A program made the translations under genes and the position numbers. A stretch of DNA of 64,000 bases from Felis catus (Eukaryota). Positions 11,222-25,240 of this stretch are shown piece by piece; positions within the stretch are counted from its first letter, which is position 1, and every line of letters begins with the position of its first letter. The stretch spans positions 44,580,001 through 44,644,000 of the forward strand of contig NC_058368.1 of the NCBI RefSeq assembly GCF_018350175.1. Reading direction: 5' to 3'. Under the pieces are notes generated by a model that saw only the letters and a program-made list of their open reading frames with translations, ran no database searches and was not told the DNA's origin.

Positions 11222-12003
11222 GGAGAGCATCCCAAGCAGGTTCCTTGTTGCCTGCACAGAGCCCCTTGAGGGCTGGATCTCATCAACCCCGAGATCAGGA
11301 CCTGAGCCAAAGTCAAGAGTTGGATGCTTAACTGATTGAGTCACTCAGGCTCCCCTCCCAGTGCCCTTTACTCCTTTGGACCCAGCCACCTCTTTTCTGC
11401 TGCCTCACCTTTGGAAGTGAGCTGTGGACTCAGGACCCTCAAACATTCCCTCCCACCACTTCCCACTTCCTGTTTCCCCCTTTCCCAGTATCAGGAAATT
11501 ATGACCAAAACCGCTGCTCTTTGGCTTTCATTCCCTGCCTTTGAAGTATTATTATCACTCCAAATCTCCTCCCCTCCCCCAACCCTGTAAATACATAAAT
11601 ATGTCAGGTTAAAAGGAAAAGGTTTTAGGAATTTTCTATTCTCCTTGCCCTGTCTCTTACCTCCACCTCTTCCTGCATCCTTACCCCTTCACTGGAAGGG
11701 GGCTTCAGTGCAATTCCTTTTTCCACATCTGCCTCCCCCACTTCCTTTTTGGATGTGGTGGGGGGTCTCTGTTCAGCGCCAGGGGAAGAACCATATAGTT
11801 AAATTTTTCTAATCTTGACGCTGTGGGAAGGAATGGTTGGAGGAAGGGCAGACTTATGGGAGACTGGGCCCTGTCCCTCCTTCGCTCCATGTTCTGACTG
11901 AGGCAGGAGCTTAGGGGGCGGAGCCGGGAAGTGTCTGACCTTATTTCCTTCCCTCTAAAAGAAAAGGAAAAAAGATTTCTGGGGGGATAAAATGTTTTAT
12001 TTA
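10535..12003 (+). pseudogene. AP1S1: Processed pseudogene of adaptor complex AP-1 sigma-1 subunit
   Basis: Intronless; CDS relic 10586-11034 reads MGFLKLF..LRL.QWY..SDK / [17 protein letters not shown]...DNELL.LEL.HR..ELLDEY...CE.DIIFN.EK..FI / QD..KKSVLK; stops at 10679 and 10921 plus frameshifts; 5' UTR (GCGCCTACGGTGGC) and 3' UTR (TGCTGCCTCACCTTT...CAAACATTCCCTCCC) resemble AP1S1 mRNA; 3' end approximate. Confidence 0.9.
11116..11355 (-). mobile_element. Can-SINE inserted in the pseudogene 3' UTR
   Basis: Antisense SINE with (GA)n; degenerate TSD TCCAAGAGCCCTT / TCCCAGTGCCCTT. Confidence 0.9.
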
Positions 12004-12929
12004 AAGGGCATCACGTGGGAATGCCATCAGAGCCTCTTTGAATTCTTCATAATAACCTAAATCTCCTAAAGCTGAAATCTGAGATACTTTCTATTTATCC
12101 TTATACAGATGAAAGTAAATTCAGACTGCAAAATTGTGCCCTTGGATTAAATTGCTTCACCATTTTAACCCCACTTTTCTGCCTTCTTATACTTTCAGTA
12201 GCAGTCTCTAAATATTCTTTGAGTTCAGATCCTTAAAAGACTATATATTTTTTTACATGCAAAAACAATACTTTTCATATTTTAAAGTCTGACTCTTGTC
12301 ACAGTGTCAGCATGTTGTAAGGAGCACAATATCAATTTATGTTTCTTCATACTGGAGGAGGTTTTCTTCCTCTCATATGGAACAAATGTGGCCTTCCTCT
12401 ACAAAACAGCTTCTACTGTATATCTAGTCTTTTTATTTGTTTTATTATTATTGTTTTTTGCTTTGTCAGGAGTGTAATGTGACTTGTATAGGACTAAAAC
12501 ATGCAGGGTTTGATTAAGATTTTAAGCCAGGCTCTGCCACTTCTTCTTACCTAACCTTAAATTATTTGAATGTTTTCAACTTGACATTCCTTATATATAA
12601 GATCGAATATTAATACCATTTCATAAGATTGCTCTTGTGTTATAGTGATATTTAAAATAATCAACACAATGCCGGGAACGACATATAAGTAACAAAAGAT
12701 ACATAATTAACATAAATTACATAAGTAACATAATTTACCAATTTTTTACCTTCCATTTTCCTCCTCAAAATAAGTTATTTATGTTATAGCTTATAATAAG
12801 TTACAGCCTCAGTGTCCTCATAATGTCATTGATAAATATTTATTTAGTTCTTATTTTATTTATGTAGTGTGGTCTCCAAGTTCAGGACATAAGTTGACTG
12901 ATCAATACTAATAGAATTAATAGGTAAAA

Positions 12930-13175
12930 TGTACTGAGATTAGCATGTGCCGGACATTGTTCTAACCTCTTTTCATCTGTTTATACCTCACTGCAACACT
13001 CTATGTCAGGTACTATAAATGTCCCCATTTGACAGATGAAGAAATGGAGACCCCCCCCCAAAAAAAGTTGAAATCATTTACTCATGGGCACACAGCTAAT
13101 AAGTAGCATATCCAAAAGTCAAGTTGAGACAGTCTGATTTCAGAGCTTCAGAGATGGCCTCTTAACCATTATAAA
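12930..13175 (-). mobile_element. MIR
   Basis: CCCCATTTGACAGATGAAGAAATGGAG...CACACAGCTAATAAGT MIR core. Confidence 0.8.
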
Positions 13176-14662
13176 GTACTGCTCATAACTGCTCCATTAA
13201 CTTCTCTGAATAAGTGGTTTTCTAAAATTGTAAATATGGTTGAAATAATCTATATCTTTGAGAACACACTTTAGTTTTGTGAAGTATTATATTGTTTTAA
13301 GTTAAATTAGTTTCATAGTAAATTAGATATAGGTTAAAAAATGTCACATAGAAATTTAAACAATGATATAGAGAATGCTGTTAACAAAGATAACTGAAGT
13401 ATATGGTTTTCATCTCCAAATACTTGCCCTAATACTTCAAAAAACTTAATTAGCTATAAGAAAATATGCTACCTTATAAGGGTAAAGTAGGACACTAATA
13501 GTGTTTATCTGAGGTGGGTTGGCGGGGAAGGCCTCACAGAGGAGATCATAGTTAGCCTGGGCATAAGCAAACAAGGCAATTCAAGTTGACTAAAGCACAC
13601 GAATAGAAAAAGGGCGCTATGAAAACAGGTTGAGTGTATAAGGATGAGAAGCTTGGCATGTTGAAAATACTGAGGGTGTCAAAGAGAGTGATGGATAGTC
13701 CTAGAAAAGTAGAGGAAGACAGGTTTGGGGATAAATTATGAAGAGTATTCCTAAAGACTTTCCTAAGGTGTCTGCCCTATTTTTTTGCAGGAAGCTAAAG
13801 TGAAAGGGTTTTCAAGAAGTCTTTATTCACTTTTTTTTCAAATAACTAGTTTACCATAAAAAACACAGATATTTCTACAAGGAAAATAAATGAATCTGAC
13901 AATCATTTTTAATACCTTAGGGTATAGGGTATGTAAGTGTAGTAGTTATGAATCAGAGTCCAAAATCTCTAGTATTAAGAAATGTAACGTTATTTTTTAA
14001 TAAGCTAAAATGATTTCTAATTTTACGCCCCATTCTGCCAGAATGACAGGAATTCAGTTACAGTCAAGGGGTTTAAACCCTTCCTGGAATCATGCTAATC
14101 TCTAAAGTTTTAGAAGATAATTAGAGGGAGGGGCAATTTGATCCTCTACCGCTACTTTATAGAGCCCTTCTCAGTCCCACTCAAGCCTGGAACCCTGCCA
14201 TATCCTTTTATCTTCCTGAATTTCTACCTTTGGCCCTTACTAAGATTGTAATTAAAAATATAATTATGTAAATGTGCAGTAACTTCACCATCTTTCTGGA
14301 ATATAATCTTCCTGAGATCTGGAGCAGAATTTGTCCATCACTGTGACCATGTACTTAGCGCCAGTCATAAAGAGTTTTAATTGTTACATACATTTTTTAA
14401 AAATTAATAAATGAATTAAATGAAACCCCAGTGGTCAAACTTTAAGCAAATTACAGATCAGTGGGAGATTATTTCAGGACCAAAATAATTTAATTCCCAT
14501 CTATTTACTTTACATTCCCCCCCCCAAAAAAAAAAAGTCTGACCCATTTATATGGTGAAATTTTATTGAAAAGGTACCTTTTCACAGAAACTTGTGTCTT
14601 ATGCATAAACGACTAAGACAAGAAATAACCTGAAGAGAGAATGTCAGCCTCACTTACACAGC

Positions 14663-15115
14663 TGTGGAAATAAATGAAGATAGTCCAAATGCAAAAAAAC
14701 AGAAACTATTAATTCAGAGTTTGCTATGGCAAAGGAATCAGCCATCTTTTCTTAGCAGAGACTTAGAGGTAGTCAGGGCAATTAGAAAGCTTTATAGTGG
14801 AAAAAGAGACAACATCACGTATGTTCTTGTTGGAATTGTTGGCCAGGGGAAGCTAGGGGCAGGCAAAGTAGGAGCTCAGCATCTTATGTGATTGGTTTGA
14901 GGAGAGTATTGGACTTTCTTTGATTGGTCCTGAGTTGGAATTTTAGGGCGAAGAGAGGGAAGCTGGTAGTCACTGACTGAGTTCTGACTGTTTGGGGCCG
15001 ATTGCTTGTAGAGGTTGTGATCTACTTTCCTGATTGGTTGCTAGAGAGGTTGTAGGTCAGAGTTCTATTTTCATGTACTGCCTGGTCATTGTGCATTTTT
15101 ATAATCAGGCTCTCA
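14663..15115 (-). mobile_element. Solo ERV1 LTR (MER90/MER110-like)
   Basis: TG...CA ends; reverse complement contains AAAATAGAACTCTGACCTACAACC and several CCAATC boxes. Confidence 0.65.
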
Positions 15116-15758
15116 TAACTCAAAACATATTTTTAAGGCAAGATTAGCTGATAACGGTATTCCAGTCATACTTTGTACATTTTATATTTAGTCATCAACC
15201 CATTTGAAAAATATTTATTAAACACCTATTTACATTTGTTAACAGTACTAGAGAGGAGGATATGATAGTGAACGAGACAGGTACCATAATACCATGCCTG
15301 CTTTCACAGTTCTTACTGATCAGTTACACTTGTTCAAACCAGGACAGCTTCCTTCTGGTTTCATCCAGCTATGAAAGCATATTAGATATTGTATTGAAAA
15401 ACAGGTTTTGTGCCAAACTGTTACATCGATTGAGTTGCATTCAATGCAAGTAATTGAAAAAGTCTGGTCAATAATGAAAGGAATTTATAAGCATACATAA
15501 CTGCAACAGTTATGTACCTGAGTCATTGCAGGTTTCAAATATGTTTTGACCATGGCTATGCTCCTGCTTTTCTGTACATTTTTTTTAAATTTTATTCTCC
15601 TATATTTGTCAGTTTCACATTGAAGCTGTCCTCAATCATACAGGTTAATGGCTAAAATAGTTTCATACCTCACATCTGTTCTATATAGCATACAGAAGAA
15701 ATGAAATTTGTTTTGTTACCAACTACACAAGAAAAGTCAATGGATTGGATTCTAATCC

Positions 15759-16252
15759 TATATTAGTTTTCTATTGCTGCTGCAACAAATTACGACAGTG
15801 TAGTGACTTAAAAATAACACAAATTTCGTCTCTTACAGTTCCAGAAGTCTGAAATCAGTTTCTCTGGGCTAAAGTCAAGGTGTCTGCTGAACTGGTACCT
15901 TCGCAAAGCTCTGTCTCTTTGCCTTATTCAGTTTTTAGTGGCTTCTTCTAGTGTTTGTTGTTTGTATTCTATGACTTGTGGCCCCTTTCTCCATCTCCAA
16001 GGTGTCCCATTCCAGATCTCTGCTTCCATCATCACATAACTTCCTCCTTCCTTTCTGACTCCTTCTCAGTACTACTACTAAAAACCCGTGTGATTACACT
16101 CTGGGCCCAAGGGAATAATGCAGGAGAATCTCTATACACAAATCTTTAATTTAACCACAAGTACCAAATTTCTTTTACCATATAAGATAACATTCACAGA
16201 TTTGGGGAATAATGCACATCGTCTTTGGGAGTCCATTATTCAGCCTACCACA
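15759..16252 (-). mobile_element. MaLR LTR (MLT1D-like)
   Basis: TATTAGTTTTCTATTGCTGC...TCTTACAGTTC...CATTATTCAGCCTACCACA. Confidence 0.85.
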
Positions 16253-17134
16253 GATCTCCAACCTTGATTGGTGCTAATTGAGATAGGCATGGTTAAAATC
16301 AGTCACTAGGGCAGGGGGGCTGAGATTATAGAACAAACTCGAAAGGTAGGAGTACAGTCAAACTTAGCCATGTATGGCTTCCCACCATGCTCATGGTGGA
16401 TACATACTGAGAAGGCAACAACTCTTGTCCATTTCTGCTATTATCTGTAAAAGTAATAATAAAAGGAATATCCCTGGCTATGCATGGATACCTAGGGTGA
16501 ACCCCCACATAGAAAGTTAGGAGGAAGCTTGGCACTGAACACAATAAGAACGGAATGATTTCTAGAAAATATTCTGTATCACTACTTTTTAAGGAAGAAA
16601 CATCTGGCCTGAGGCTGAATAACAGAAGCAAGGAATTAAAAGTAGGAATGAAGTAAAGCCAAGAAAGCAACTGGAGGAGCTAACAGGAGATAGGTAAGTA
16701 CAGAAATGTTTTCCTAAATAGGTGTGTGGTGAGAGGGGTAATGTAAATGTTGGAAGATGAGAGAAAACTTAATTAACCATCTGGTGTTGATCTCTCAGTA
16801 TTTACTGTTTAAAGTAACTTCAGCCAATCCACGTCCTGAACTAGAAGACTAAGATACAGTACTTCATAAAAGAGATGGATTTTTTAACATTTTTACCACG
16901 TTTAACTCTGGCAGTCAGTGCTTCTTCATAACAGCTGTGATACTTGATTTTTCAAAGATAAACCATGTTTTAAAAGTCTAAAATCTTCAAAGATATTATA
17001 AGAATTTTGCTTTGATATAAATTACAGTTTTGCCTCTCCCCACCTCTTACAAAATGTAAGGAACATGAAGGAAGAATTTTGAAAATCAAAGAGAAATCAG
17101 TAAAAACTGTGTAAATAGGAATAACACATGTATT

Positions 17135-17195
17135 TAAGTTTGTTTATTCTGAAAGAGTGTGTGGGAGGAGCAGAGAGTGAGTGACAGAGAGAAAG

Positions 17196-17234
<39 letters not shown>

Positions 17235-17358
17235 CCTAAGCAGGGTCTGCACTGTCAGTGCAAAGCCCGATGCAGGGCTCAAAGTCACAAATCTTGAGAT
17301 CATGACCTGAGCCAAAGTCAAGAGTGGGACACTCAACAGACTGAGCTACCTAGGTACT
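17135..17358 (-). mobile_element. Can-SINE
   Basis: Antisense SINE with (GA)n and TGAGATCATGACCTGAGCC. Confidence 0.92.
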
Positions 17359-20300
17359 CTGAAGAATAATACATTTTTAACTGCTATAGAAACGTATATG
17401 GAGAAATTTACTTAAAATGATCTATAAATTCTTAATTCAAAGTAATTTTTTCAAACTAATTCAAAATGAGCCTTTTATTTATAGGGAAAAACAAATGATA
17501 TATTTTCAGATAATTTAATGTGAAAAAAAAAGTTGCTTTAATTTTCATTTAGACTCAGTGAGAAAGAAGTGTTATCTTATAGGCTAATGCACTGAGTTCT
17601 CAAAACAAAAACAAAAACAAAAAACACCTGTTTTCAAAATTAATAATACTTCCTTCCCGAAAGTCCAAAACTTGTTGAAGGTTTTATCTTTTTGATATTC
17701 ACTCAGTGAATATGCCAGTTATCCTGGTCATGGTAAATGCTGTGGTTAAAGAGGCATGTTTCATGTGGGCATTCCATATAACCAAAGGACAAACAGAATT
17801 TGCTGCCTCAACTTCCCCTCCTGGGTCTTACAGATACAAATAAGTAAATTAGGTCAAGTAACAAGAGAATGGGAAGAGAGACCTAGGGAAGAGTCAAGAG
17901 GTTGTTCCCAATTAGGTGGAAATCTGTAAAAGGTTATTTTAAGAAATAAGGTGAGTAAAGCAAATGTGAGGGGAGTGAAACAAAGAGGAAATAGGAGGGG
18001 AAGAGTCATAGAACTCTTGGGTGGAAATCTGGAGATGGTTATTAAGAAATGGGATGAATAAAATGGACATTGATGGGTTAAAACAAAGGTTACAATACAC
18101 TACTACCAAAGATTTGAGGTGCCAAATGGATCTCCTGTTGGACCTCCAACATAAAAGGACCATAAACACATCTTTTCTATTTACTCCAATTGGAAGAAAT
18201 TTCAAAAGTTGTAAGGTAGAGATTGCTATGAAAAACTTGACCAGAAATCACTTAGGACAGTGATTAGGCTAATAAAGGTAAAGACTGACAAAAGGGCCAG
18301 GTCCCTCTGCTCCTTACTGGGGACCCAAGCCTGTTGCACAGGAGTAGGTAAATCCGTTGGGAGTAGAGAAGTTGCCAGGATTCCTTAATACAGATATTCC
18401 AAGAACTGTGGTTCACCCTGACTTGGGCTACAAGTGGATTGAGAGAGTATAAAAAATATAATGGTTGATAGGATTATGAAAGTTGGAATGTTTAAGCAAG
18501 CTTTATGTAAAGAAGTTGTGTTTCCTTTACCTGAATGTTTTTAGGGAATGAATATTATGTCTGGCTGTGGAATACTTCCCCTGTCTAGTATTATAAAACC
18601 AAAGCCTGTGGATAAAGTCTTAATAGAGGCTACAGTTAGGAAACAAGAGTTGATATAAGAATATGAGTTAATAGAATTAAGGTAAAAAATGTGTGGAGAA
18701 TTGGTATGTTTGAGGCTTTATGTGAGGTGGTTGAAAGGGTTTTATGTGAAGTCTCTTTTACCTGATTGTATTATAGAGACAGACATTGTATCTCACTGGG
18801 AAACATTTCCCCTACCTAGTACTAAAAAATAGAAGGCTTGTAAATCTGTCATTCAGGCAATGATAATTGGAAATACTAAGTGAGAACCAGTAAGACTGCC
18901 TAAGCCCACTCAGCATAGAGTACAAGTTGGAGTGCTGGGAAGGACAAATTCTGTGTGATAGCCCTAGGCAAAACATAGACTAGGGCTTAAGAGCACCTCC
19001 CAGCAATACTACTGGGGTTTTGGACTAGGGGATTTCCATTTGAGGGCATTTACCACCTTGTTATTGGATATTATAAATTAAAGCTACGTCTATGAAGCAG
19101 ATATAAAGTGATCTTAAAATCTGAAGTAGCTATAATGTCTTGGATGATATCCTAGGAGGATATCAGTGCCCCAAAAACTCCACAATAAAATTTGCATGAT
19201 TTATACAGGATCATGCTGCCTGGGGAATGCAAGGAAGAGATACAAGCAGGAAGCCTTTTTTCCCTTGGCCTGACTCTGGAAGTACATGAGAAGCTGCTGG
19301 ATTCTGTTAACATGGACAGTGCCCTATAAACAGCTCTCAACTGACCCACAAAGAGGTGGCAGTTCCAAGGTGAAGATAGACAAGATCCAATATGGAATGG
19401 ACATGATCCAATATAGAAGGCTACCATTCTGAGTGAAGATGGTAAAAACAAATCAGCTTGATGGGCTGAATTGCATGCTGCATCCCAACAGTGATGGAAG
19501 AATTGAAGAGCTGTAAAATCTCCTATGTATGGGTTTTTACCAGAAAGGGCTCAATGGCCTAGTCATATGGTCAGGCAGGAGGGCAATGGAAGCCTGACCT
19601 ATTAAAGAGGAGCACAGCCCTATGGAAATCACTGGGAATTTGAGGAAGACATTCAAGTAGGACAAGTTGATGCCATCAGAAGAATCTTCTTTCAGCTTCA
19701 GAAGGTGATTGGAATTAACAAGCAGATATCCCTGTGTGCTTACTTACAGTGGCCACCTGGATCCATGAAATGAGTGAATACTGCAGCAATGCAGAGATGG
19801 GCTGAATCCAAACATACCTCCCTTGCACCCTCCAAGGCAAAAAATGCCAATAAGAACTGTTCTACCAAGAGAGACAGAGACTGCTGATGCTCTGTGGCAG
19901 AACCCCTGGTAGAAAAAGGCCTTGATCATAGCTGGCGAGTGAGATGGATACCTGTAGCGCTGGAGACTACAAATGAGTCCTGATAGGATTAGACACTGGC
20001 TCTACACTGGGCTTTCCTTACTTCAAGTAGATGTAAATGCTGAGTATTATGAAAGAACCAGAACAGAAGATGCTATACCAATTTGGACAGTGGACCATCA
20101 TTTCTGCAGGCCAGGGAACACATTTTACAACCCATAATGGCCAGCAATGGACAGAGACATACTCTCCTCGCAGTAATAGTTTTAACAGATTTGGAATGGG
20201 CAATTAAAACATTGGTTGTCTAAAACAGGGAGATAAAATCACGAAGGGTTGGCACACATCTTCATGAGTGTGTCCTCACACTCAATATGAACATGATTGG

Positions 20301-20671
20301 GGCTAAAGGAATGTCCCCACTGGATAGATTCCTCTGTGTTTCTGGTGCATCTGAAGAAGAGGCAGTGAGCAAGGATGCTGGTGTTTTTTCTTCCCTACAT
20401 CACCACAGCTTCTCCCCACTGCCCCCCACCCCCCTCCCACTTGATGCAGTGGTTGTAGGACCAGGGTTGCAACTACAAGGGCTGGAAGCAGGGATGATTC
20501 CTAGCCAAGAAACTGTAACTATTTTTAACCTTTTTGTCAGAACTTCTAAGGGCCTGGTGGGGCAGGATGTACCTTCACTGTATCTGGCAAAATTGGGGTT
20601 AACAGTGAAGATAGCCCACTAGTTTTATAGGTGAGCAACCTCTCCCTATCTGAATAGAAGTGAACTGAGAA

Positions 20672-20862
20672 GGGGCACCTCGATGGCTCATTTGGTTAAG
20701 CGTCAGACTCTTGATTTCAGTTCAGGTTATGATCTCATGGTTTGTGGGTTCAAGCCCCATGTTGCACTCACTCATGCTCTTTCTCTCTCTCCAATAAATA
20801 AATAAATAAATAAATAAATGAACAAACAAACAAACAAACAAAAACTAAAAAAAAAAAAAAAA
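20672..20862 (+). mobile_element. Short Can-SINE with (AAAT)n/(AAAC)n tail
   Basis: GGGGCACC head; near-TSD AGAAGTGAACTGAG / AGAACTGAACTGAG. Confidence 0.88.
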
Positions 20863-21281
20863 AGAACTGAACTGAGGAGAAGAAACTTGCTAGACTAGTG
20901 TTGCCATGTGCTTGCTACACAAGCACAGTGGTAGACCTGACATCCCTTGCAAAGGTGGAAAAGTTTGAGTATCAATGCAGAGAAGGAAAACTAGTAGCTG
21001 TGGGTAAAGGAATGAAAACATAAATGGGTTATGTAATGAGGTAAATCTAGTGTTACACTAACACCTCAAAAGAGGATCAGAGCAAGAGATGATAATGTCT
21101 CTTAGCTCAATTATACTGGATGCTGAAAGGGAGAAGCCATATATTGCTGATACCACTCTTGCTTCTAGAACCTGACTCATTGAGTACAGCCTGAAAACCT
21201 GAGTGATATTGCTCTGGGAGACATCATTTTGGTTATAAGATATTTTGATGAACTTGACCTACTGTTAATTACTAAATAGAC

Positions 21282-21520
21282 TGTACCAGTGAGTCACGCA
21301 CAGAGAGTGGGGACACCAAGGCTTTTCTTTCTAGGAAAAAGCTTTATTTGTGCCAGCATGAACTCAGGGGGCTAAGACCTAAAAGGCTGAGCCCCTAGTG
21401 CAGTGGGGGATTGCCTTTTGTACAATTTTTGCTCCTTTGTCTCCCATATATGGTAACATACAGTCTAAATGGGCAGTCTGTGTTACAGAGTCCTGAGGAA
21501 TGTCACAACACATGCACGTA
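21282..21520 (-). mobile_element. Nested LTR fragment
   Basis: Antisense AATAAA (CTTTATT ~21342) and LTR-like R/U5 texture interrupting the ERVL internal sequence; boundaries approximate. Confidence 0.5.
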
Positions 21521-21719
21521 GCCAGTATCTTTTGACTCTTATTTTTCAGGCTCTATCTACAAGTAGCCATAGATGAAGGGAGGAAAACAATAGTCAAACT
21601 AATATAAGAATATGAAAATGTTTGTAAAGGCTTTATAGAACAAATGAATTGTTTCTTTAAATCTAGCCCTACCCTACTCTGGCTTCTCCAAATGTTAGAC
21701 ATATTTGTGTAATTACTGA

Positions 21720-22134
21720 TGTGGGAAACAAAGGTAGAAGGAAATGGCAGATAGAACTAAATTTCCTTATAACATGCAACCCATTGACAAATACTTGAGG
21801 CCGGAAGAGTGAGTTTTTCCAGGAACTCCCTACTGTCTTAATGTTAGTGCTTTGCTAGAGGGGAAAACAACCTTAGTTTGACAATAGCTAGTCCTCCAGC
21901 ATCCTGAGTCTTCTAGTATATGAAAATCCCTTTGGAACCTTCTCCTTGACTTTACCTCCCCCAACTCCATACTATATAATCAATCTCTCCTTACGGTCGG
22001 TCCCAGGGCAGCTCTTCCTGCCCACAGGTCCTGTCCCTGCACTTTAACAAAATCACCTTTTTGCACCAATATGCCTCAAGAATTCTTTTTTGGCTGTCGG
22101 CTCCAGATCCCCCACCACTCCAAAAACCTCACCA
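21720..22134 (+). mobile_element. Carnivore ERV1 solo LTR (CarLTR-like)
   Basis: TGTGGG...CACCA ends, TATATAA ~21973, GCAGCTCTTCCTGCCCAC R-region. Confidence 0.75.
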
Positions 22135-22236
22135 GATAGTATTGCTATATCTGTTGTATACTGATACACCGTAATACTTTGACAAGTATGACCATTCTGC
22201 TATAAGGAATCTTTCTTTGAAGACCAGGTAGTGGAC

Positions 22237-23095
22237 TTCAATATTATGACTTATAAAAACTATATATTTGGTCATTCATAAGAGCAATGAGAGCATCTTT
22301 TGGTAAAATGTTTTGTCTCTTGCTGTCAATTCCTGAAATCACTTCAGAGGCATAAAGTGAAATGAATGTCTTGTTATTCATAACAAGCCCTTATCATCAC
22401 ACCTGCATTTATGTTAATGAGGTGACTTTTGGAAAGTACCTAAGGATGGGGGCTGGTTGCCAGGAGAACCAACAGTGAATAGAGTTGGAAATTTCAGTAA
22501 CACTTCCCCCAGCCCCAATTTCCCAGAAAGGGAGAGGGATTTGAATCAATCACCAGCATCCAATGATTTAATTAATCACACCTATGTAAGAGACACTCCA
22601 GAAAAACCTGAAAGGATTGAGTTTCAAGAGCTTCCAGGTGGAGATTTGAGGAGAGTGATTTGCTCAGAGAGCATGGAAGCTTGGCGTACTCCCCACATAC
22701 CTTGCTATGTGCCTCTTGTCCCTCTGGCTGTTCCTGGTTATATCCTTTCCTAAGAAATTGGTAATCTGTTAAGTAAAATGTTTCTCTGGGTTCTGTGAGC
22801 CAGTCTAGCAAATTAATCAAATCCAAAGAGGGTCAGTGGGAACCTCACTTATAGCCAGTCAGTAAGAAGTACAGGTAAGAACCTGAATTTGCGATTGGTA
22901 CCCTGAGTTGGAGGTCATTGTTGGAATCTTCAGTTTGTAGCCAATTGGTCAAAAGTACAGGTAACCTGAGTTTGAGATTGGCATCTATAATTGATGGCTG
23001 TCTAGCGGAACTGAACCCCCTTACCTACAGAATCTGATGCTATTTCCAGGTGGGTGTGGGGATTTTCTGATTCCACTTTGGAATTGGGTGCAGAG
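22237..23095 (+). mobile_element. MER21-like LTR
   Basis: TATATATTTGGTC, TTATGTTAATGAGGTGACT, GGATGGGGGCTGGTTGCCAGG, TCTCTGGGTTCTGTGAGCC match the remembered MER21 consensus. Confidence 0.82.
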
Positions 23096-24554
23096 CCCAT
23101 TAACCACAGAGTATATCCCTGGTTTTAGTGGTTTACAATGTGTATTATCATATTTAGGGATCTGAGACGTTCTGAATTTGGTAAACCTATTTAACTTTAT
23201 TTAAACCATGATTTCCCAGAATAATTTCTGCCTTAAACACTTGTTTTCCCCCTCTTATCACCCAGTAACACTTCACAGAACTCTCAGTCATGAGCTGTCC
23301 TTTAGATTTGGTTGTAACCTTCCCTCCATATGACAGTCTTCATGAATTCCAATGTCTAAAAAAAATTAATTACATCTTCCGATGCTTGACTTCTGGAGTC
23401 AGGATCTGAGTGTGGAGAAGAGCTGGATGACTCCAGTTCTCACCCTTCTTTTCACTGTTTCACTATGTGTGCTCCATGGCTGCTTTCCTGTTCACTAGCT
23501 CATTGGGCAATAAACCTAGTTCAGTAGATTAGGGGGAAGAATATGGATCACAGAGGTAACATTCTTTTCTCCAAATTTAGTGTAGCATTTAGGTAACTAC
23601 CTTCTGAGCTGGAAGGGGAGAATAAAAATTAATAATTGTTGTCTACTGCTACGCTTGCTCTGGAATCTGTGTCACATAAAAGCCAGAGCCAGCACATTTA
23701 AAATGAGAGAGGCAGATACTGTGGGTACTTTTTACTACTCTAATTTAGTTTCTAAACCAAAGCAAATAACACATTTTTAGGACATCTAAGCATTAGTGTA
23801 CTGTGAGAGTAGCATTACTGGGAAAAAAAATGATATAAAGAAAGTAAAATAAAACAATTCAATTAGGTTTCAGAACAGCTTTTCAATTCTATAGGCAAGC
23901 ATAGATCAGACACATAAAAAGTGGGGAACAAATAAATAAAAATGCATACACAAAATAGCAAGGCTTGAGTTCTAAGCAGCTTAACCAATATGCTTTGCTC
24001 CAAATGGACTGCCACTTTGGGCATGGTAGGCAAAGAATCTTCTGAAAATATTATGGAGGTAATTCACTTTTTTAAAAATATTAAATGAACATTGACCTAA
24101 CAGTGTTTATTCTGGTTTCCCAGATGAATAGCTTCTTAACTCCTGTGCTGTATAACTATAAAATCAAAGTCTTCAGTGTTCTATAAGCTGCTTTCAGATT
24201 TATATTGTATAGTCTATATATTAATTAAAACTTGATAGTTACTAAGGTATAACTTTAGCTGTTCAAAGAATATTTACAAAAAGTCTAAATACTAGAAAAT
24301 TAAGATATGGAACCAAGAGTATGATGACTTCTCATGATAAAAATTCCTGAAGTATAATCAATTCCTACTTGTATGAAAAAAGAATAAATTTATACATCCA
24401 AAACTACAATTTTTTAATTAAAAGATTGATGAATTCTAATAAACTTCTCAAAGAAAAAATTTACAAATCCCAAAGGTGAAGTTCAGAAAGACTTCTTGAA
24501 AATAAATCTCCAGCTAAGAGATCTCAAAATTGGTAAAATTATTTGTAGACACTA

Positions 24555-25055
24555 ATGGCATGGAGCCTGCTTGGGACTCCATCTCTCCTTCTCTCTGCTC
24601 CTCTCCCACTTGTGCTCTCTCTCTCTCAAAATAAATAAAAAAAACTTAATTTTTTTTTCTTTTTTTTTTAATTGGAACTAGTCAAAAAAAAAAAAAAAAA
24701 AAAAGAAGAAGAAGACTGGCTCAGTCCATAGAGTACATGACCCTTAATCTCAGGGCTGTGAGTTCAAGCCCATGTTCGGCACAGAGCCTACTAAGAAAAA
24801 ATTAGAAAACAAAAATTAAAAAATATTGGAAGTAGGGGCACCTGGGTGGCTCAGTCAGTTAAGCATCCAAGTCTTAATTTCAGCTCAGGTCGTAATCTCA
24901 GGGTTCGTGGATTTGAGCCCTGCTTGGGCTCTGTGTTGACAGCATGGAGCCTGCTTGGGATTCTCTTTCTCTCTCCTTCTCCGCCTCTCCCCCCTCCCCC
25001 CCCCCCCCACACACACTTTCTCTCTTTCAAAATAAATAAATAACTTTATAAAACA
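24555..25055 (+). mobile_element. Cluster of three head-to-tail Can-SINEs (5'-truncated, short, full)
   Basis: Bodies at ~24555-24650, ~24716-24820 and 24835-25050. Confidence 0.88.
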
Positions 25056-25240
25056 AATTGGAACTAGTCTAAAAGCAATGTATTAATTGACATCAGACAT
25101 AAATTTGAATATATTAGCACATATACAAACACACATATACATACACTCATACATAATGACCACATTTATCCAGCTGTTTCCAGCTTTATAGTTTTCTGCT
25201 TGATTGTTTTTTAACTGATCCTTGATTTATGGTCTCTACA

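Larger units (their letters stand above)
17690..22236 (+). mobile_element. Decayed ERVL-class internal region (MER21-int-like) with nested insertions
   Basis: Relics of gag (WRWLLRNGMNKMDIDG), RNase H (SA*WAELHA ~19453; NGLVIWSG ~19553) and integrase (QGTHFT ~20113; WNGQLK ~20191); ends against a MER21-like LTR. Confidence 0.75.
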
